Virus record (IMG/VR): IMGVR_UViG_3300003327_000002
Reading direction: 5' to 3' (one strand)
DNA from: a virus
Length of the DNA: 7,345 nt
Under the pieces are notes generated by a model. It made no database searches. It was not told the DNA's origin and saw only the letters and a list, made by a program, of their open reading frames with translations. Numbering within the stretch: position 1 is the first letter of the stretch; the number at the start of each line of letters is the position of its first letter. Of the stretch, positions 3,692-7,345 are shown piece by piece. Both the position numbers and the translations under genes were made by a program.

Positions 3692-5061
3692 TATGCAGTC
3701 CCCCCGCTAACGATCCGCAACGACACCAGTCCGGCCAGGATCAACACGATAGAACCGGCAAGACTCACCCATTGACACAACGGCGCAAGATCGAAATTAA
3801 CCACCACGCCGTTTGGCAACGTCACACTCGGCGGCGTTGGACACGTCCGCGAATAGCCGTAACCGCTCGAATCAGGCTCAGGGATATCAACTTCATCATC
3901 GCCGGGGCCAGCATCAGTCAGCGTATCGCCGCCAACAACGTTGGGATCATGCGTACCCGGACCGCCCAAGAAGTCGATCACGTCCGAATTGTCACCATCG
4001 CCGCCGCCACCACCGCCCGCCGCCATCTTTTCCAGCGAACACGCTGCCTTCCACTGTTGCACCAGCATCGAATACTCGAGCGCGTCACACTTCTCACCAT
4101 CGCATACCGGCATAGCTCCACACGTACCGCCACTTATGCTGCGGTTCTTGCGAGTATTGCAATCAATGCGCCATTGAATCCGCGCTTGTCCGCACAAGAT
4201 CGGACTACCGCTGCACTGTGGCGGAGTGCTGCAATCATCGCCGCCGGAAAAAAACTCTTCGTCGGCGTCGTCTTCGTTGCCATCGCCGTCATCATCGCGC
4301 TTGCACGTGCCATCCGGGCCGCGCACCTGACCGGCGGGACACTCGTTATCAACACAGCTACCATCCGGACCGCGAACTTGACCGGCTGGACATTCGTTCT
4401 CGCGCTTGCGACACGTGCCATCCGGACCCAGAACTTTACCCGCAGGGCAAGGCTCCGGAGCGCACTGGCCCAAACTGTTACGCGACTGGCCAGCAGGACA
4501 AAGCGGCTCGTCAGGCTCACACACATTCAACACGGGATTCCAAGTGTGACCGGACGCAACACACGATTCCGGAAAATTACGGCCATCACACGCGCTGGAC
4601 TGATCGAAACTAGCAGTGCTGGTGCCATCTGCATTCTGATAAAAATGCACGGTGCAACCACCGTTGCAGCCATACGAACCAGAACGAGGCAAAAACTCAG
4701 TCACAAAATCATCGCGCGCCTGGCAACTGCTCCTAAAAAAATAAGTGCCGTAATACGTCTGAGAGCCAGCATAAGCCGTAGAACAATCCCAAGCTCGATG
4801 AATGATGGTATAGCGCGGCTGATAGCGGTCAGGCAGCGTCTTAAAACACCCGTCAAACGACCGAACATAACCAGTGATCTCTTTACCATCGCCGGGCGAA
4901 TGCTCAGCCATGCAGCGTGAGTACGCCTCGCCCTCGTCCTCATACATGCCACCGCTAGGCGGGCTGAATGAAGGAGCCTGGCACGATTGAGCAAATGCGC
5001 TCCCCGCCGCGACGAACAGCGAAAAAAAACACAAAACCCGCGCGAAGAGCACACGAACCAT
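3691..5061 (-). CDS. pIII-like adsorption/minor coat protein, 456 aa
   Basis: It has a signal peptide MVRVLFARVLCFFSLFVAAGSAFA/QS. The start at 5061 has a GGGGG SD 7 nt upstream, and I rejected 5118. Downstream come a Cys-rich N-terminal domain, four Cys-bounded repeats, an acidic stretch, a Gly run (GGGGGGDGD) and a C-terminal membrane anchor WVSLAGSIVLILAGLVSL. It lies immediately after the major coat gene. Confidence 0.8.
   Translation of the reverse strand: MVRVLFARVLCFFSLFVAAGSAFAQSCQAPSFSPPSGGMYEDEGEAYSRCMAEHSPGDGKEITGYVRSFDGCFKTLPDRYQPRYTIIHRAWDCSTAYAGSQTYYGTYFFRSSCQARDDFVTEFLPRSGSYGCNGGCTVHFYQNADGTSTASFDQSSACDGRNFPESCVASGHTWNPVLNVCEPDEPLCPAGQSRNSLGQCAPEPCPAGKVLGPDGTCRKRENECPAGQVRGPDGSCVDNECPAGQVRGPDGTCKRDDDGDGNEDDADEEFFSGGDDCSTPPQCSGSPILCGQARIQWRIDCNTRKNRSISGGTCGAMPVCDGEKCDALEYSMLVQQWKAACSLEKMAAGGGGGGDGDNSDVIDFLGGPGTHDPNVVGGDTLTDAGPGDDEVDIPEPDSSGYGYSRTCPTPPSVTLPNGVVVNFDLAPLCQWVSLAGSIVLILAGLVSLRIVSGGTA
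4303..4500 (-). repeat. Imperfect tandem coding repeats encoding four Cys-bounded 13-residue loops
   Basis: The peptides are CPAGQSRNSLGQC, CPAGKVLGPDGTC, CPAGQVRGPDGSC and CPAGQVRGPDGTC, at ORF-track residues 207-272 of the 475-aa ORF. The matching nucleotide repeats (ccatccgg[gr]cc...accggc) are visible on the plus strand. Confidence 0.8.
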
Positions 5062-5143
5062 CAATCGCCCCCGAAAACGATATAAAGCGCAACGAGCCAA
5101 GCGCAAAGCCAGATCCAACCTTCCATGAAATCATCCCCAGAGG

Positions 5144-5174
5144 AAAAAAGGCCGGAAGGGAACGCCTTCCGGCC
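5144..5174 (-). terminator. Rho-independent terminator downstream of the major coat gene
   Basis: A perfect 10-bp GC-rich stem (5150-5159 pairs with 5165-5174) has a 5-nt loop. On the minus strand it is followed by TTTTTT (plus A-run at 5144-5149). It begins 15 nt after the coat stop codon. Confidence 0.85.
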
Positions 5175-5188
5175 CACAACAGCACCCG

Positions 5189-5410
5189 TCACATCGCGCG
5201 ACGCACCCACTTGTAGACCTTGATACCCACGAGGACCAGAAGCACCGCGGAACCGATGGCCGCAATCGGAGCCGCGGCACCCTCAATGGCGCTCACGACG
5301 CCGGACACATCGACACCACCGCCACCGCTGGCGAACGCGGCCGGAGCGACCAGAACCAGCGACGCGGCCGGAGCCATGGCGTACAGCTTGCCCTTGAACT
5401 TCTTCAGCAT
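5189..5410 (-). CDS. Major coat protein (pVIII-like, class II Xf/Pf1 type), 73-aa precursor
   Basis: The signal peptide is MLKKFKGKLYAMAPAASLVLVAPAAFA, followed by the mature sequence SGGGGVDVSGVVSAIEGAAAPIAAIGSAVLLVLVGIKVYKWVRRAM. That sequence has an acidic N-terminus, a hydrophobic core and a basic C-terminus, and it is nearly identical to my recollection of the Xf coat protein. A strong SD GAGGAGA lies upstream. Confidence 0.95.
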   Translation of the reverse strand: MLKKFKGKLYAMAPAASLVLVAPAAFASGGGGVDVSGVVSAIEGAAAPIAAIGSAVLLVLVGIKVYKWVRRAM

Positions 5411-5422
5411 TGCTTTTTCTCC

Positions 5423-5626
5423 TCACGATTGATCAACGAACTTCCGAATCCGGCGAAAAACCCACGCGCTGCCCCAGAGCAACGCGCACGCCAGGCCAAT
5501 GGCCTGCGCTTCCTCGATGCTCAGCGCCGGAAGACTGGGCATCTGCGGAACCCAAATTTCCTGTGCGCACGTGCCCGTCGACGCATCAAAATCTCGATCA
5601 AGACAGCCTCGGACAACGTACGCCAT
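5423..5626 (-). CDS. Small coat-like membrane protein (pVII/pIX-position ORF), 67 aa
   Basis: It lies between the ssDNA-binding gene and the major coat gene. A C-terminal TM segment plus basic tail (AIGLACALLWGSAWVFRRIRKF) resembles a virion-cap or coat-type protein. It starts 3 nt after the upstream stop. Confidence 0.6.
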   Translation of the reverse strand: MAYVVRGCLDRDFDASTGTCAQEIWVPQMPSLPALSIEEAQAIGLACALLWGSAWVFRRIRKFVDQS

Positions 5627-5629
5627 GAC

Positions 5630-5917
5630 TCAGCCCTTCACCGCGTTGGCGGTCGAAGTCGGAATCGGAATCAAGTAGATGCGGCGGCCGACCCGCAGCG
5701 AGTCGAAATCGCCGACTTCCAACGAGGACACGTCGAGCAGATACTTGCCCGGCGGATACGGCGGCTGATCGTCGCCAAGATTGATAGTGAACGGCTTCGG
5801 GAAGTCCTCGCCAGTCTCAATGGCCGCCCGCTGTTCCTTGAAAACAACCTGCGTACCGTCCTTGCGCTTGATGACGCGCGGCGTGGCAGTGCCAGACTTG
5901 ATGATGATGCAGTTCAT
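5630..5917 (-). CDS. gV-like ssDNA-binding protein, 95 aa
   Basis: The assignment rests on position directly after Rep with an ATGA overlap (5917-5914), a GGAG SD 8 nt upstream, its size, and a beta-rich sequence ([29 protein letters not shown]...). I rejected the upstream starts at 5974 and 5938. Confidence 0.7.
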   Translation of the reverse strand: MNCIIIKSGTATPRVIKRKDGTQVVFKEQRAAIETGEDFPKPFTINLGDDQPPYPPGKYLLDVSSLEVGDFDSLRVGRRIYLIPIPTSTANAVKG

Positions 5918-6747
5918 GCGATTAGCTCCAATTTCCATGCAAAAACCCGGCCCTGAATGAACGAAACCCGCCACGGCGAGGGCCAGAATTCGCCGGTGAG
6001 TTTGTCAACGTAGCCGCCGAGGGCTTTGCGAATATCGGCCAACGGACCGAGTGCGGCGCGCGCATCTTCCGGGGCTTTCCACCACCGCAGTTCGCGCCTG
6101 GACTCTTCATTGAGGCCGCCGACGCCATGAGTGCGAAAACCCTTCGGGAACGCCTCAGCCATCGCGCCGCAGAACTTGGAGGCGTACTTAGCGAGATACC
6201 CGACCGCATTACGGGCGCGCTCGATCTTAGTCATGCCGTGAGGCCACCAGCCGCGCGCGTCCGGCTTGCCCATCCAGTAGCCGCGCGGAATCCAGATCAG
6301 GAGGTGGTAGTGAGGCCGCAGGCGCTTTGTGAGTTCGCAGACCCACAAATAACGGAGGCGCGCACGCCCCAGCCCCTTTCGTCGGTTAAAGCGATCGAAG
6401 TGGCCCCGGACTCGCTTAACCAATTCGCTAACGTCACGAGGGCTTGCGTCACTTCCCTCTGCGTAGGTCGCAGTGAGCATGTACCACGCGCCACGCACTG
6501 AACCCTTCCGCGCTTCTTCGTCATGGAGCCTTGCTCCGGTGATGATGGACTTCCGCAGGCGCATGGCCCTGATGCGGTTCTTGTTGAGTTCAACCGACAC
6601 GCGGTGAAGATGGCGCGTGTCACTTGTTGAAGAATGGACAAGCCCAAGGCCGCCTGCGGCGGCCTTCGAAAAGCGGGCGGCGCAAAGCGACTCCGCAACC
6701 TCAGCGGTGCGATGCGCAGCAGCGGCAAGGAGGGAGGCACGATTCAT
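5914..6747 (-). CDS. HUH-superfamily rolling-circle replication initiation protein (gII-like), 277 aa
   Basis: Motif I-like is WYMLTATY. The HUH motif is PHYHLLIW (nt 6292-6315). The catalytic Tyr motif is [11 protein letters not shown] (nt 6172-6204). I chose the start at 6747 because of the ATGA overlap with the upstream ORF and the GAGGTG SD. Confidence 0.9.
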   Translation of the reverse strand: MNRASLLAAAAHRTAEVAESLCAARFSKAAAGGLGLVHSSTSDTRHLHRVSVELNKNRIRAMRLRKSIITGARLHDEEARKGSVRGAWYMLTATYAEGSDASPRDVSELVKRVRGHFDRFNRRKGLGRARLRYLWVCELTKRLRPHYHLLIWIPRGYWMGKPDARGWWPHGMTKIERARNAVGYLAKYASKFCGAMAEAFPKGFRTHGVGGLNEESRRELRWWKAPEDARAALGPLADIRKALGGYVDKLTGEFWPSPWRVSFIQGRVFAWKLELIA

Positions 6748-6956
6748 GCGCACACCTCGGAAAGCGCAGCGCGGCACGCCGCCTGTTCGGCCAGTTCATC
6801 CATAGCCGCCTCGCGGATGCCCTTCCAGATCTGCCGCTGCCGAGGAGTAAGACGAAGCGGGAATAGATCAGCACGCGCCGACGCGGCGGCCAGCATGCCG
6901 TCCGCGAGTTCGAGCGCCATGCGTGCGCCGCGTTCGGTGTCCGTGATGCGGCTCAT
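6744..6956 (-). CDS. Small hypothetical protein upstream of Rep, 70 aa
   Basis: The ATG at 6956 has SD GAGGAAGG and a TGATG overlap with the upstream ORF. Its stop overlaps the Rep start. It is GC3-rich. I recognise no family. Confidence 0.6.
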   Translation of the reverse strand: MSRITDTERGARMALELADGMLAAASARADLFPLRLTPRQRQIWKGIREAAMDELAEQAACRAALSEVCA

Positions 6957-7150
6957 CAAACCTTCCTCAACTCGCGGCATCGGGCAGCGCGCACCTCGCG
7001 CTCAGCGTTCCAGACCAGCGCAGCGGCGCGGTAGCTCGCATCCAGACGATGAAAGCGGCGAAGACGGACGAAGCGGACGACCCCGGCGATACCGCCGACA
7101 ACCAACGCAGCAGCGATGGTCAGGAGGACGACTGCAAGAAGCTGGCCCAT
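6956..7150 (-). CDS. Small membrane protein, first gene of the minus-strand operon, 64 aa
   Basis: An N-terminal TM helix (LLAVVLLTIAAALVVGGIAGVV) is followed by a basic stretch (RFVRLRRFHR). Codons are GC3-rich. It is coupled to the next ORF. I recognise no family. Confidence 0.55.
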   Translation of the reverse strand: MGQLLAVVLLTIAAALVVGGIAGVVRFVRLRRFHRLDASYRAAALVWNAEREVRAARCRELRKV

Positions 7151-7282
7151 GCCCTACCCCTACCCCCCGCACCCCGAAGACCCGCCCCGGCCGGGGGGGA
7201 GAGCCGGGGGCGGGATGACCAAGGCCATTGGTCACAAGGCACTGTATAAAGGGCTTGGTCACCTCAGTCAAGGGGCTTGGTC
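7151..7282. promoter_or_regulatory. Second copy of the divergent control region; this copy is physically upstream of the operon start at 7150
   Basis: It is identical to 60-191. The operator half-sites lie at 7216-7222, 7228-7234, 7254-7261 and 7276-7283. The GC hairpin lies at 7181-7214. Confidence 0.55.
7243..7271 (-). promoter_or_regulatory. Sigma-70-type promoter for the replication/morphogenesis operon
   Basis: Reading the minus strand gives TTGACT (7271-7266), a 17-nt spacer, then TATACA (7248-7243). This predicts a leader of about 85 nt containing the GC hairpin and G-tracts before the ATG at 7150. Confidence 0.5.
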
Positions 7283-7345
7283 ATGGAAATCGGAGAAATC
7301 ATCGACCGCGCGAAAGCAGCAATCGGAGCCGAGAGCGACAGCGCG
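7283..7345 (+). CDS. Duplicate 5' fragment of the HTH repressor gene (same as 192-254), truncated by the window end
   Basis: The sequence is identical to that of the first copy. Confidence 0.6.
   Translation, partial: MEIGEIIDRAKAAIGAESDSA

Larger units (their letters stand above)
1..7091. mobile_element. One full genome unit of a filamentous phage (Inoviridae, Xf/Cf/Lf-like); circular, 7,091 bp, with the window permuted to start inside the first gene of the minus-strand operon
   Basis: Canonical inovirus gene order on the minus strand: Rep, ssDNA-binding protein, small ORF, major coat, adsorption protein, pVI-like, Zot/pI. A divergent repressor sits on the plus strand. The exact 254-bp terminal redundancy closes the circle. 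Confidence 0.9.
7092..7345. repeat. Terminal redundancy copy B (identical to 1-254)
   Basis: Same comparison as copy A. The offset is exactly 7,091 bp. Confidence 0.97.

Noticed and set aside
3772-4920. 382-aa ORF on the plus strand, antisense to the pIII-like gene. The same applies to the other long shadow ORFs: 1759-2292 +, 1790-2308 +, 5429-5956 +, 6634-7218 + and 1338-1856 -.
   Set aside because: Their translations are Arg/Thr/Ala/Pro-rich and low in complexity, with no SD or coupling signals. Each lies entirely opposite to, or out of frame with, a gene that has clear family motifs. Long stop-free shadow frames are expected at this GC content.
1-7345. tRNA, rRNA, CRISPR arrays, IS elements or toxin-antitoxin pairs
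   Set aside because: I saw no cloverleaf-like or rRNA-like segments and no regularly spaced direct repeats. There are no transposase-like ORFs or terminal inverted repeats. All substantial ORFs are accounted for by the phage gene set.

Overview
The window is one complete, circularly permuted genome of a filamentous ssDNA phage (Inoviridae), either as a replicative form or as a tandem or over-assembled copy. Bases 1-254 are identical to 7092-7345, so the unit length is 7,091 bp. The major coat protein closely resembles my memory of the Xanthomonas phage Xf coat protein. Together with roughly 60-65% GC, this points to an Xf/Cf/Lf-like phage of Xanthomonas or Stenotrophomonas.

The minus strand carries a tightly coupled ten-gene operon with ATGA, TGATG and TAATG stop/start overlaps. 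Its order is: small membrane ORF, small ORF, HUH rolling-circle Rep, gV-like ssDNA-binding protein, small coat-like ORF, major coat protein, intrinsic terminator, pIII-like adsorption protein, pVI-like protein, Zot/pI assembly ATPase, and a TraX-family acyltransferase.

The plus strand carries a lysogeny/regulatory module. It comprises an XRE-type HTH repressor with a dif-like XerC/D site embedded in its coding sequence, an overlapping small gene I think is DUF3653/XafT-like, and a membrane-anchored protein of unknown function.

No pIV secretin and no integrase are encoded. No tRNA, rRNA or CRISPR array is visible.

The most interesting points are:
- the TraX-like gene translationally coupled to zot;
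- the attP-in-repressor plus putative Xer-activator arrangement;
- the divergent promoter/operator region with four TTGGTCA half-sites and a GC-rich hairpin/G-tract leader.

All homology statements come from memory and motif reading, not from database searches.
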